Below, piece by piece: positions 1 to 12,682 of a stretch of DNA of 64,000 nt. The DNA is taken from the NCBI GenBank assembly GCA_965178125.1, contig OZ237758.1:248001-312000 (forward strand), given 5' to 3'. Each line of letters opens with the position of its first letter. Position 1 is the stretch's first letter. The DNA is from Bilabrum cf. latius (lineage: Eukaryota). The notes under the pieces are model-generated. The model was not told the DNA's origin, made no database searches, and worked only from the letters and a program-made list of their open reading frames with translations. Both the position numbers and the translations under genes were made by a program.

Positions 1-1
1 C

Positions 2-3000
2 GCAGGGTCTTCCCCTCCATCGGCGCCGCCCTCATCATCGCTGGCACCCGCGTGGCTGCGGCTGGGCTGCATGCAGTGCCTGCGGGCGGCAGTGCGGAAG
101 GGCATGCCGGTGCCGCAGCGACTTGCCATGGTGGTGCAGTCGGGCATGCACTCGCTCGCTGCAGGCCAGCGCCCGCCTGCCTGCGACATGCGCGCCACGA
201 GGCGCAGGAGGAGGGCACTCTCGGGGCGGGCGCTGGGAGGAGAGCGTCCCTCCATCGGACACCGCGTGGTGTTCGAGCAGGTAGCCCCTGACGGCGCCAG
301 GCCAGAGGCGTTCCTTGACCTCACGCAGCAGGGCGAGCTGGCGGTGGCCCGCGAGACGTGCGCCCTGGCCGCCCTGCTGCTGCAGCTGGGGCTAGAGGCA
401 GCGAGGGAGCCCGCCGTGAGGTCTTCAGAGCCGGCCACGGCGGCCTGCGTTTCGCTCCTCCGAGCGGTTGTTCCCTGGGCCCTGGACCTGTTCGCGGGGT
501 CGCCCCCCGAGGCGGCCCTGGAGCTAGGCGGCAGCATCCGGGCACTTGCAAACGAGGCGAGGCCACCTCCCGGGGCTCCAAGCGCCGCGGATGCGATTTT
601 CGGCGGGGCTGCATCGGCCACAGGGAGGACGCGAGCCGGTGACAGGCCGGGGATCGCGCAGCTGCCCGGCTTTGCAGGCCGATAGATCGTTGAGCCGCTC
701 GCGGACAGCCTTTTGGTTGCTGGACAGTACCCTCCTGGGTGGGAATACCGGGAGCCGGAGGGTGACGAGGACTACGACGGGGAAGGCAGCGACAGCGATA
801 GCGAGGACGAGGGCGGTGGGGCGGCGGAGAGCAAGGGGGGCGGGGGCGGAGGCTCGGCAAGGTTCGCTGCATACGCCGACACCGTGCCCGCAGGCGCGGA
901 CGCGGTGAGGCTGGAGGTGGCCAAAGCAGCGAGGGACGCGGGGCGGTTCTTCCCGGCGGAAACGCTGGGCAAGATCCTGACCCACCTGACCGGCTGGTCC
1001 GTGGCCGCGCCGGGTGCCGCAGAGCCAGCCGCGGCCGTCCTGGCTGCGCTGAAATCCGGGCAGTCTTCCCTGCCCGCCGCCCCCTTACGGGCGATGGCCG
1101 ATGCCGCCAACCGGGCAGACGGGGCTCACTGGAGAGGCAAGGCCTACGAGTGGGACGGGCTGGAGTCCGCGATGATGCTGCTGTACTGGTCCGGGGAAGG
1201 TATCGTCAAGCACCAGGGGACCACCGCGCAGCAGCTCGCAGCCATCTGCCAGCTCGTCGCGTCGGCCCCGTGGACCCACCCGCAGGTTGAGGTGGTGATG
1301 CAGTTCATGGACATCTGCCAGCGGTTCTCCCGCGTGTTTGGGACCGTGCCCGCCCTCTTCGAACCGGTGGTGCGGGCCCTTCAGGGCAAGCACGGCATCG
1401 CCAGCCCGAGCGTAGCGGTGCGGGAGCGGGCAGCGTACGTGCTGCTGGACACGGTCAAGCAGGCCGCGAAACTCCCCCGCAAGGCGGGCCAGCCGGCCGT
1501 GGGGGCTGCCGCCAAGCCACTCCTCGCCAGCCTCAGGCAGCGCCTCGCGCCCGCCCGACTGCCCTCGGTGCTCATGAGGGCGGCGCAGGGGGGAGACGCG
1601 AGCGCACGGGCGGCGGTCGCCAAGGTGCAGAAGGCCGCGCCGTCGTGCGTTGCACCCCCGGACCGACGGGCCCCCGCGCTCAGCGTGTCCGCCCAGGGCC
1701 ACATCCTGGAGCTGTGCGGCTTTCTGCTCAAGCAGCCGTGGGTGCCCGCCGCCGTGCGGGGGGGCTTCACCTCGGAGGCCCTCAAGCCCATGGGATCGGC
1801 CGTGGCCGCGGCTCAGGGGGCCCTCGTGGAGGCACTCAACCGGGCTGCGGCCGCTCGGCTGCAGAGAGGTGGCGGCGGGCCGCCCCCCTCGCTGCCCGCT
1901 AGCGCGCACGAAGCACTTCGGAGCCCGGCCGTGGACACTCCCCCGTGGGCTATTTCCCTGTGCAGATACACTGCGGATCTCATGCGCGGCGTGGCGTCGC
2001 TGGTGAAGCCCTTTCACCACGCTGGTCCGGAGCTGCGGCCGACGCTGTCGACCGTGGTGCGAGGGGCCGTGGACGTCATCAGGGGCCTGGGCTGCTCGGC
2101 GGCGCACCCCCTGCATCCGTCCGTTGCAGCCGCCATCTTTGGCGGGGCACCGGGGGCAGGGGCAGGGGCAGGGGCTGGGGCAGGCGGGAGCAGCGCCAGG
2201 GCACAGCCTCGCAAGGCAGTGCGGTGGCCCCCGCGACTGGCGGCGGCTTGCGACCGGCTCAGGCTCTCTGCCAGGCTCGTCCTGCACCACGCCACGTACT
2301 CGCTGGGGCCCGAGGCGGCCCATCACATCGAGCGGGCCGTGCCCTCGCTCCTGTGCGTGCACCCCAACGCGCTGGCTTCGAGCAGGGAGGCGGCGCTGGG
2401 CGGGCCGGGGGCCAGGGAGGTGCAGCTGCCGAACCACTCCCTGTACCTGACCCTCATTCTCGTCGCGCACACGGTCAAGATCAACGGCGCCTGCCCCGCC
2501 AACGCCTCTCTTCTGCTCCGCTGCCTGCCCCTTTTGCTGGCGTGCTTGCGAGTGTGCGGGACCGACACGGAGGCGCGGATCAAGGCCGGCACGGAGGCTC
2601 TGAACGAGGCAGCCGCGAGGGGCGCCCGGTCGGGCGATTCGGGAGTTGGGCCGAGAGGCGGCCCCCCACAGGATGTGCTGCGGGCCTTTGCCTCTGCCCG
2701 CACGAGTGCCGCCAGCGCGGTGGTGGCAGCCGCGCAGGCGACCTACAAGGACGTGCTCATGCAGTGGCTGCGGCTGCTGAAAGACACGATCGAGGCCAGG
2801 CTCCAAGGTGCCATCGTGTTCGCCGGCAGCAGAGCGGGGGCTGCCGTGCTGCAGGCTGCCACGTCCAAAGAAGGGGGCCCCGCGGCGGCCGCTCGCGTGG
2901 CGCGGGAGGCCTGCCCAGACGGAAGCGCCATGCAGGGCGGCGTGCTGCAGGGCGTGCTCGGCTCGTTGCAGATGGTCATGACCTCGAGGCAGTGCAGGGA

Positions 3001-3778
3001 ACTGCACCCGTCCAGGGGCGCCGCCGACATCGCGAAGCTGCTGCTGGACGCGTGGATGCCCATGCCCCCTATGCCCACGTCCTCCGAGGGCGCATCCTCC
3101 GGCAGCGGCGGGGGGTTGTCCTCGCCCTCCAGCCCGAAGGGAGGCAAGCCCAGGTACCTTGACCTCTCTTCCACCAGCCCAGCGCGGGAAGGCGCGGGCG
3201 GGGTGCATCCCACTGCGGCGTCCTCGCCCACGCGCGGCTCCCTGCTGCCCGTGGACCTGCAGCCGCCCCAGCGCCAGACCTTCCTCCGGTGGTGCCAGGA
3301 ACAGGTCCCCGACGCGCTCGTGGCGAGCCTCGCGCTGCCCCCGGTCAGGCCAGGTGACCCGGACACTGACCAGCTCGTGCAGGCCGTGGCGGCGGCGCTG
3401 GTGGGGCTGGGCAGGCGGGCGGCGCTCAGGGCCAGGGACGAGAGGATGGCTAAAGTGGCGGACGGCGGATCCGTGGGCGTCGGCGGGCGCGGCGGGGGTG
3501 CAGTGTCGCTCGGGGACGTCCCAGTGGCGGCTAGCTGGCTGGCGGGTCGGCTGGCGGGGGCGTCTGTGCCTGGGGTGGGGCGCGCCGTGGCGGAGCGCGC
3601 CTCCCGGTCCGGGGGCCCCGTGCGGTCTCCCGCGGATGTGCAGGCGGCGGGGCGCCGGTTTGCCCAGGAGGTGCACGCGGTGTCCGTGAGCGCGGGCAAG
3701 GCGCAGGAGCGGATGGTGCGCGCGGTGGAGCCGGTGCGGGGCCTGGCTGCTTTCTTGCACGGGGCGCAGCGGGAGTGA
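2..3778 (+). CDS. Exportin-T (Los1/XPOT)-like importin-beta family protein, 5'-partial; one in-frame TAG (683-685)
   Basis: ORFs 71..685 and 713..3778 share a frame, are joined across a TAG and end at TGA. The segment 'QFMDICQRFSRVF...EPVVRALQGKHGIASPSVAVRERAAYVLLDTVK' resembles the exportin-T C-terminal HEAT region. Confidence 0.65.
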
Positions 3779-3885
3779 GGCTCGTGGTGGAGGTACAACG
3801 GAGCCTGCTCCTCTTTTGCGTGCAGCCTGTTCCGGTTTTGATCGTCATCACGCCAAGAAATAGATCATGGCCGCAATTCCACAGC

Positions 3886-6800
3886 ATGAGGGCGGCCTTA
3901 GTATGTCTTACGGCGTCCGTATTGTCTTACTGTGCGCACGGTGCCGATACGAGGCGAGTTTTTGCCACATCGTCAGTGCAGAAGGGTGCAAGTCCGCCGT
4001 TCCCGTGCGAATTCAACGACTCGGTGCTCTTTGCTCCTCATGGTGCCGCTCCTTCGCTTTCTCGAAATGGTAGCGAATGCCATGTCCATAACGTTTTGGT
4101 GCCTGGGGATGTCGTGGTAGGATAGCCTGGAAATCACTCAACGTTGCTCCAGTTCATTGATCTGGATCACCCCTCCCGTTCGCCAGGAGGCTCAACCCTG
4201 TTCAGCGATACCTTTGAAGACCAAGAAGTAGCAAATAGCAACTAGGATTGGGAAATTTGGGAGCCTAGCACTGATTCTGGTTGCACAATCTCGCATGCAG
4301 ATGGCAAGCTCGTGCTATCACCAGACGCCGGGCACCAGACTTCCTGCGGTATATCTGGAGTACCGTACGCCGGCAGAACTGCCGCATGGGCACGAGCTTG
4401 GTTATCCCTTGAGCTTGATTCCCCAGCTGTACAGAACGGGTCTGCATTCAGGGCGGGTCTTGCGGTTCCGATCCAGGCAGCTGTGCAGCGGGCAGGCTGG
4501 CGCCCGCCTCGCCACTATCTGCCCCTTATCCCAAGAGGGGAACAGAGGCCGGCAGTTGCATCGAAGGACGAATTTGGCAGTCTTAGTCCTGCATCTGATC
4601 AGGCGGGGATCTATGTCACTGTATTAGGCGCAGATGCGCCATCAGGCACCGCCACGGTGGAGCTCCTCGCGCGGCGCTACCACGGCGAGGCAGCGACAGC
4701 GCTGGCCTCGGTGCGGGTGCCTGCGGAGTGCTTCGGCGGAGAAGTGCGGTCCAAGGTGTACCTGAACGCAACGGCAAGGAACGCGTCGGTCGGTGTGCGG
4801 TGCCTGGGTGCATCGCACGACAGCGCGCCGGCGCGCCACGGGCTCGACTGGCAGGACCAAGGCGGCATGGGCGACACAACCGGGGAAACCGTCCTTGTGC
4901 TGGAAGCGTACCAGCAGCAGCAGCAGCAGAAGCAGCAGAAGCAGAAGCAGGGGGTGGTTGCGTCCAAGTCAATAGCGAAGGGCCCGTGGGTCACCCTGGA
5001 CGCGGTCACGTTGAGGAACAACCTTCCCGAGGGGGCTGCTCCCGGTGTGGCAGCCCCCGTGTCGGACCAGAGCGGGACCATCGCCTGGGACATCGGGACT
5101 CTGGGCACGTGGCACAACCGGGGATAGCCCGGGGCGGCGCATGGGTGGGATGCAGGGGCAGACGACGGAGTACTTGACGTGACGCGTCATCCATTCCTGG
5201 CCGACCCCACGGGGGTGCTGGACTCGACGATGGCGCTGCAGGCTGCCATCGATTTCGCCATGGACAACTACATGTCGGTGTGGCTGCCAGCAGGCGTGTA
5301 CAAGGTCACAAAGGGGCTGCAAGCCATCCAGCGAGAGAGAATGTCCGTGGATGGAACGCCTACCTTCAACGGTGAGTCTTCTGTTTCCCAACTGCCTCAA
5401 GATATCAAGCCTGCCTCTTGGCCATGCCCCGTCGCTTGCTCACCGATACATTGCCTTCAATTTGCCTTACTAGTCTTTCACTCGCCTCGTCTTGCGCACT
5501 ATCAAACACGCAGGCACCTCCAACTACTGCAACCGGTTTAGGACCCCCAACATCCGGGGACAGGTCACGCGAGAGGCACGCCCGGACGACCCGCTCCCAA
5601 GGCAGGGCAGAGCCACTCTCTGGGTCCCTGAAGGCACGCCCGCATTTGCCGCCGCCCCGCCCGCCTCTCCCGTGGCGGTCCTGAACGCTTCGGAGATCAA
5701 CAACAGCGGCAGGCTGCAGTCGAACATCCTGATGAGCGCCGTGGTCGAGTCCATAGACGTCTTTGTGGGCCCGCGCAACCCTGGCGCTGTTGGGTTCCGC
5801 ATGCGCGGCGCCCAGGGGTCCTCTCTGGAAGACGTCGCCGCCTTCAATCCAGCTGGGGACGCGTACGCCGGCATCTAGGGCTGCTCCGGCAGCGGGGGCG
5901 CGCACTCCAACCTGACTGCCGTGGGCTTCCGGATCGGATTCGACGCCAGGGAAGTGCAGCCCGCGCCCACGGCCTCCAACGTGAGGATCTACAACAGCAG
6001 CTGCGCGGGGATGCTGCATGCCGGGCTGGAAACCATGTCTGTGGCCGGGCTGCTGGCCGTGGCCGGGCCCATGACGAGGGGGCCGGCCGTTGTGGGGTCC
6101 ACCACCCACGGGTTTACCGGTCCTGGGGGCGTGCTGCCGTCCTCTGGAGAGAGCGGCGGCGCGTGTCCCGATGAGCTACCCCCTGCCGTGAACAAGCAGC
6201 GGGCCAAACCCTGGCAAGAGGGCTCCCTCGGCCTGGTGGGTGCTCGGATCGAGGGGCCCTGGCGACGGGCGGGCGTCCTCAACGACCAGAGGTCTCTGTA
6301 CCTGAGAAACGTGCACGTCCAAGGGCAGGATGGCGCGGATTACTCCGCCGTTGAGGTCACGAACTAGACAGGACCGGGGTCTCCGCCCTACAAAGTGGTT
6401 GCCACTGGAAGCAGCAATGCCTGGACCAGCATCGAGGAGCTGGCAGTGGGCATCGATTTTTACCAGGACCAGCCCTGTCCACAGCCGCAGTACCCTGCCA
6501 TGTCGATGCCCACGTACATCAACGGGGTCAAGCAGCCCAAGGCTCTGCCTCCTCCGGTGTACAATGTGACCACAGGCCCCTCTGCCCCGACTGCCAGCAC
6601 TCTCCTGGGGAAGCACTCGTGGGGCGCCAGCCTGAGCTTTCCCGGGCCGTGGACGGCAGGTGCGATACACGCAAAGGCAGATGCTGGAGCGGTGGGGGAT
6701 GGTATTGCTGACGACACGGAGGCGCTGCAGCGAGCCGTGCAGATGGCTGCGACGAGCTTGAACGCGACCGGAGGGGTTGTGTTCCTTCCAAGGGGTGCTT

Positions 6801-7938
6801 ACCGCATCAGCCGCACCATCCACGTGCCCGCTGGAGTGACGCTCGCCGGCATTGCCAGGCAGTACGTCACCCTGATTGCCAACAACACGTATTTCCAGGG
6901 GCCCGAGGACCCTGCACCCCCGGCTCTGGATGCTGGAGCGCCCCCTGTCGTCCTCATCGGCGGTTGTGACATGCAGCGCGATCAAGTGAATCTTGGCAGG
7001 CTGCCAGCAACCAGGCACGAGGGGACACCGCCTCCGCACCGTCGCCTGCCAGTGCGCTGTACGGCTTGCAAGTAGTCGTGCCTCTCTCTACCGTGAATGT
7101 GTCTGCAGTGCAGTGGACCCTGGGCACCAACAGCGCTAGAAGCAAAGGCCAAGGGCGCGGCAGGCGGGCCAGTACCGGGGACCATGGCCTTGACGCAGCC
7201 CCGGCCACTTTCGGCAGTGCGCGTCAGGTGTGGGCAACCAATATTCCCATGTGCGGGTCTTGGTTCTTCAACTAGAGATGCACAGACATCTTTTTCGGGG
7301 CCCGGGGGTACGCACATGCCCTGGTGGCTGTGACGGCCTATTCAGGTGGTGATTCCGGTGCGGATGTCGATGACAAGTCGCTGTGGAATGCTAACAATGG
7401 GGGTGAAGGCGCGCCCCAGGGTCTGCAAGAGCTTCGTTGGCACACTTGGTACCAGGAAGACGGGGAGAGAAATGGCGGGTTCGCCCACCAGCACCCCCTG
7501 TACCGCAAGATGCTCGTGTCGGGCACGAAGCAGCACCGTGTGGCTTTCTACCAGCTCAACTCGGAGCATTGCACCTGCGAGGCGCAGAGCGAGTTCAGGG
7601 GTGTGGGCAACGTGGAGGTGTACGGTGTCAAGAGCGAATCTCACGTGACTGTCATGTGGGTGAGGAACTCGACGGGATTCTCCTCTATCGGGCACGGGGG
7701 TCTCGTGACGGCAGGGGCAGCCACGGACCCGCCGACCTACCCGAATATGGGACCTAACGCAGTGTATCGCTTCTCGGATTCCACTGGGTTTATGATCGCG
7801 AACACGCTGGACTAGGAGTACAACTGCTCAGATCCGGACTCTGCGGTGTACGACGATGGGGCATTCGGGCTGGGTGGCGCAAGCGTGACCACGGCCCCTT
7901 TTGAGTGGCCTGTGTACTATGGAAGGAGGCGGTTGTGA
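3886..7938 (+). CDS. Secreted beta-helix protein with two Pectate_lyase_3/GH55-like N-terminal motifs; 7 in-frame TAGs; intron ~5372-5513; unresolved frame change ~6962-7015
   Basis: Signal peptide MRAALVCLTASVLSYCAHG. Motifs 'DVTRHPFLADPTGVLDSTMALQAAID...VWLPAGVYKV' and 'GAVGDGIADDTEALQRAV...VVFLPRGAYRISRTI'. TAGs at 4123, 4243, 5125, 5876, 6365, 7273 and 7813. GTGAGT...CAG intron. TGA at 7936-7938. Confidence 0.75.
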
Positions 7939-8129
7939 TTAGGATACCGATTAGCTTTCCTTGCGGGCCAGTTTCGGCGTGCCACAGTGCTTTCCCCACC
8001 ACTGCCAGTGCCAGGCCATCTGATTCGGTATTTCCGGATTTCCAATCCAGAACGACGATCACACTAGTCGTCTGCAGTATTGACAAACGTGCAAGAACTC
8101 ATACTAGTCATTCATAGCAATTGATTTCA

Positions 8130-9725
8130 ATGGCATCCGCTGAAGCTAGTGATGCAGGCGGGGGCCAGGATCTACCGTCTGTTCTGATCGCAGGGGTTCC
8201 TGAGCATTTCAATCGCCCCATCACCCAAGCCATCAAGAGAGGCGAATTCGTTGAGGCCGGTGTGAATGTTCGCTTTAAGAGTCAGCCCGGTGGAACAGGT
8301 GCTATGGTCAAGGCGGTCGTGAATGAGGAAGCAGACGTCGTCATCGCGCTTACGGAAGGTCTCGTGGCAGCGCTCGTCAAAGAGCACGGCGATTCTCTCG
8401 TCTTGGTAGGGAACTACGTGGTATCTCCATTGGTTTGGGCCATCACTGCGGCCGGTTCTTGCGAGCAGGAAACCATAGATCAGATGTCAGTGTCTCGAGT
8501 TGCAGTGTCTCGAATGGGATCCGGCTCGCACCTCATGGCGTTTCTCCTAGCAGAGCGGGAGAAGTGGCTCAAAACCCCGGAATTTGTCGTGCTACGCGAC
8601 TACGCCCGCATGCGAGCGGGACTGAACTAGGGCACGGCGGACATCCTGCTGTGGGAGCAGGCCATGCAGGCCCCCTTCGTGAGCAGCGGGGAGCTCACTC
8701 GCGTGGGCGAGCTGGAATCGCCATGGCCCTGCTTTATGATGTGCGCAAGGAAGCAATGGCTCGAGAGCGAGACCAACCGTGCCGCGCTGCACGCCGCCCT
8801 CCCCGTGCTCCGCCGCAGCTGCCGGATCTTCGTGTCCACGCCGGAGGACACGGTCAGGGACGTGTGCGCGTCCTACATGATCGACCAGACCGATGCTTTG
8901 CGCTGGCTCAGGGACGTCAAGTACGCAGCCAGCGGGCGCATCGCTCGCCCGTGGCTGCAGCTGGCGCTCGATGCGCTGGGCCGCGTAGGCGTGATCGACC
9001 GCGACACGGCCTCTCGCACCAAGGTGGAGGACCTGGTGGACAGCCGGTTCGTCACGCTGGTTGACTCGGAGGAGACGGTGCGGGTGGGGGAACCAGAGGA
9101 TGGAAAGGGGATCGGCACGCCCCGGGATGACGAGTGCAAGGGGTGCTGCCCCTACTACCAGGTGGAGAGAGCGGCGGTGGACGCGATCGAGGGGGGCAAT
9201 GGGGAGGGCTCGTTTCCTCTCAAACGACTAGAGGTGTCACAGGCTGCTGCCTCCGGGACTGGGGCTGGGGCGGGGTCGGGGACCAAGAGATCCCCGCCCA
9301 GATCCCCTGGGGGATCTGGGGGCAGGGGTCGGGCAAGGGGGAGCACTGGGTCCTCCGTCCCCACGGAGGGGGCGGGGGGCCTGCCAGTGGGGTCGTCCTT
9401 CGCTGCCGCCATGCGTGAGCTGGAGGAGGCGCAGTCGCAGGCCATGCCGGCAGGGGCAGAGGCGGGGTCGGCGAGTCTTGGGGTCGGGTTGGGTGCTGGG
9501 AGTGGGAGTGGGGGCGAGGACGGTGGGGAGAGGGCTTGGGGCGCTCAGCCAGCGGAAGGGGCCGTCGATGAAGCGAGCGGCGGGCGACACGGACGCCGAG
9601 GGAGTTTCTATACCCCCAGCGGACAGCGTTTCGAGAGCATCGATGCGTACAGGGAGTGGGTGGGAGCCAAGCAGAAGGCGCTCCGATCCATTGTGAGGCA
9701 CCTGTACAGCCTCGGCGGAAGATGA
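8130..9725 (+). CDS. Periplasmic-binding-protein type 2 fold protein (Ca3427/NMT1-THI5-like) with low-complexity C-terminus; one TAG (8628)
   Basis: Motifs 'IAGVPEHFNRP', 'PGGTGAMVKA', 'DVVIALTEG', 'VSRMGSGSHLMA', 'N*GTADILLWEQ' and 'SPWPCF'. The frame continues across the TAG and ends at TGA. Confidence 0.8.
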
Positions 9726-9759
9726 CGTCGCGGGGTGCAGTACCGCGATTCCGTCGCAG

Positions 9760-12606
9760 ATGGTGGTTTTGTGGCGCAACATCTATGCATTATTTGCAGT
9801 TAACATCGCAGGTCATTGCGCAGGATCCTCTTGCAAGGTTGCCTACTACAGCACTTCCACGCCTCAGTGCTGGACGAAGCCAGACTTTAAGCAGCAAACT
9901 GCATGCGGATACGGGTACCAGGGTGGTGCTATTGGCTCAAATATTACTGTTCACGCCAACGTATCTGGCTCCGCGGCTGCTTCATACAAGTCGAGCTGGT
10001 CCGCAGTAGGTGAATCAGCACTTTTGCGTATAATCGAGGAGGGCAAGTTTCCCAACGGAACCATGTGGGCCACGGTGTCTGCCAGCGTTCCAGGTAAATG
10101 GGACATTTAGGTGGAACTACCAGCTGGTTGCAAGCTGCAAGGTCCGTCAGTTCTTCCTGTGCTCGTCTGGGACGGCTACCTGACAGTAGCAAACTCTACC
10201 CAGGATCCTGGTGAGCCGAGCCGAGTTGCCAACTCGCCTGCAGACACTGGGTTCATCCAGTTCTCAATGGATCGGAATCGAAACACGTCCGGCACCCCCG
10301 TGGATGCTTGGTGGGTGAAAGCAGCTGGGAAGGCTGGGTCCTTGGGATATGTCCGATCCAACGCAACCGATGGCCATCTGTGGGCGGGCGGGAAAGAGAG
10401 GATCCGGTTCTGGGGAACCAACATGGTGTTTGCCGCATCCATGCTCCCGAAAGAGTACTCTCCGCAGCTGGCAGCCCGGCTCTCCTCCGCTGGATTTAAC
10501 ATGGCCCGGCTGGCCTGCACGGATGGTCCCGTCTCTAACAAGGACGAGTCGCTGGCGATGTCAGACGGGCAGTCCGTGAACCTGACCATGCTGGACCGGC
10601 TGCATTTCTTTGCGAGCGAGGCACAGAACCGGGGCATCTACATGCACCTCGTGGCACATTAGCTGCGCAGCTACTGCAACGTCACGCAGGTGCAGCAGCA
10701 GCAGAAGCAGCAAGCACCGCCTGCCACTGCCATTGCCAGTGGCAACACTCCGGGCCTCGTCGCCATGGAAAGCGGCACGATTGCATCCACAGCCTGCCCC
10801 AAGATCGGGACTGACGACAAGGGCATCACGTATTTCGCACGAGGGGCCATTGAGAGCCAGAAGCAATGGATGAGGAGCGTGCTCCTGCCCAGCAACCCCT
10901 ACACGGGCCGCCCGCTCGGGACAGACCCGGCGCTCGCCATCGTGGAGCTCTCCAACGAGGACGGACTCGCGAGACAGTGGGGCTACGGCAAGATCGATGA
11001 CGCGTTCGAACAGGTTCCTACTCTGGGGCATGAAATGCAGTCGCTATGGGTCCAATGGCAGCTGAAGCCAGGGGACCACGGCAAGGCGATTGAGGGTGGC
11101 TGCCGGAGCCCGTCCCCCTCTCACGCAAACGGGCCTGATGACTCGCATAGCACCGTTCAATGGCCAGAAGTGCTGTGGCTGTCCAACTTTACGAAGCCCG
11201 GTGTCACCCAGACGCAGCAGCTCTGTTGGATCGCGTTCCTGATGGACACCGAGACTGCCTTCGCCGTTGAAATGGAAGCGTTCTTGCGCGAAGAAATAGG
11301 CTTCCATGGGACCATGGTAATCTCCCAGAACGAAAACGTCGCAGCATCCTCCGTGGCAGTAGCTGCTGCCACCGGCATGTCGCTCGCTGCAGACGTGCAC
11401 GTATACTGGGCCGATTTCTTTAGCGACGTGCGTTGGGCAGACCCGATTGTACCCAACGTTCCAGGCGCTGGCCGGAGCGATGGCGCCCTCGCGGCGGCCC
11501 TATCTAGCTTCCGGCAGGGCGGGATGCCCTTTGTATCCTCAGAGAGTAACACGCCCCACCCTAGCACGTTTGGTGCAGAGCACCCCGCCCTCCTCGCTGC
11601 GGTGCTGCGTGCCCAGGACTGGGACGGTGCCAACTCGTGGGCCCATTCCGTCATTCGGGGTGCTCCCAATGACAGCCAGCCAGCATGGAGCTGCTCCCAG
11701 GTCGGTACCCTGTACCAAGACGGGTGCGACGCGGCGCGGATGGTGGTGCACTTTGCTGCGTCCGCGCTTGCACTCGCCTCTGACGTGGACGACCTGCCAT
11801 AGAGCGAGGCTTAGGTCGTGGACACTACCCTGGGTCAGTTCGTGGGCCGCGTGCGGGAGCGAGTGCTGGAAGGGGGCGGCGTCTACACTGGCGTCATGGT
11901 TGCGGGCACGGACTTTGGCATGGACCCGTCCAGCATGCTGCAGCAGAGACTCGTGTGGAACGTGTCAGATGCTGCAGGGGCTGTTTAGCCTGTATCTCTG
12001 CACACGCCGTAGGCTATCGTCGCGGCGAAGCGGGACCGGGCCACGTATGAGTGGACAAACCCGGGGGGCCACGGCGTGATGATCGTCCGGGGGGGCGCTC
12101 GCAGCTCGGTCAAGCTGGCAGCTGGCATGCTGCACGGATACCTGGCCCAGGGGTAGGGCACCGAGGGATGGGTGGACCTGGGTCAGGGGTTCGGCGTCCG
12201 GCCGAGGAACGCGGGCTCGCAGGGGTACTTGGTGGCAGCCCTCGTGTGCGTGCTTCCTGCCGAGCCAGGTGCCGCGACCCTGGCACCGCTTGCCTCCTGC
12301 GGCAGCATGGTTCTGGTCGCGACGGGCTCTGGCTGGCAGAACACGGGCATGAGGTTCGCCGACCAGTCCCGGACCAACATACACGCCAAGGGTATCTCCA
12401 AGTGGGGACAGCCGCCAGCCCTCTTCGAGTCGTCCTCGGTGGCCATCAAGCTTCCGTGCGGGGACGGTGACGTGTGGGCCACGGAGGCGCTGGCCTCGAA
12501 CGGCACCAGGATTGGGGCTGGCCCGAGCTGCACGTGCCGCATGGGTACCTGCGAGCTGGACATGCCTAACGGTCGCACCCTGTGGTGGAGCGTGGTCCGC
12601 CAGTGA
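9760..12606 (+). CDS. Secreted GH-A clan (GH5-like) glycoside hydrolase; 7 in-frame TAGs
   Basis: Signal peptide. Motifs 'RIRFWGTN', 'RLSSAGFNMARL', 'NPYTGRPLGTDPALAIVELSNE' (acid/base) and 'PFVSSESN' (nucleophile). TAGs at 10108, 10660, 11800, 11812, 11986, 12010 and 12154 are all in one frame. Ends at TGA. Confidence 0.8.
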
Positions 12607-12682
12607 TGCTTGCGGTTGATATGAAGCAAACACCTCACAGCAACAAGCAGTGGCAAACAAGCAATCAAATAAAGGTTCAAGT

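Noticed and set aside
1085-3760. 891-aa antisense ORF and other long shadow ORFs
   Set aside because: Expected from high GC opposite real genes; no motifs.
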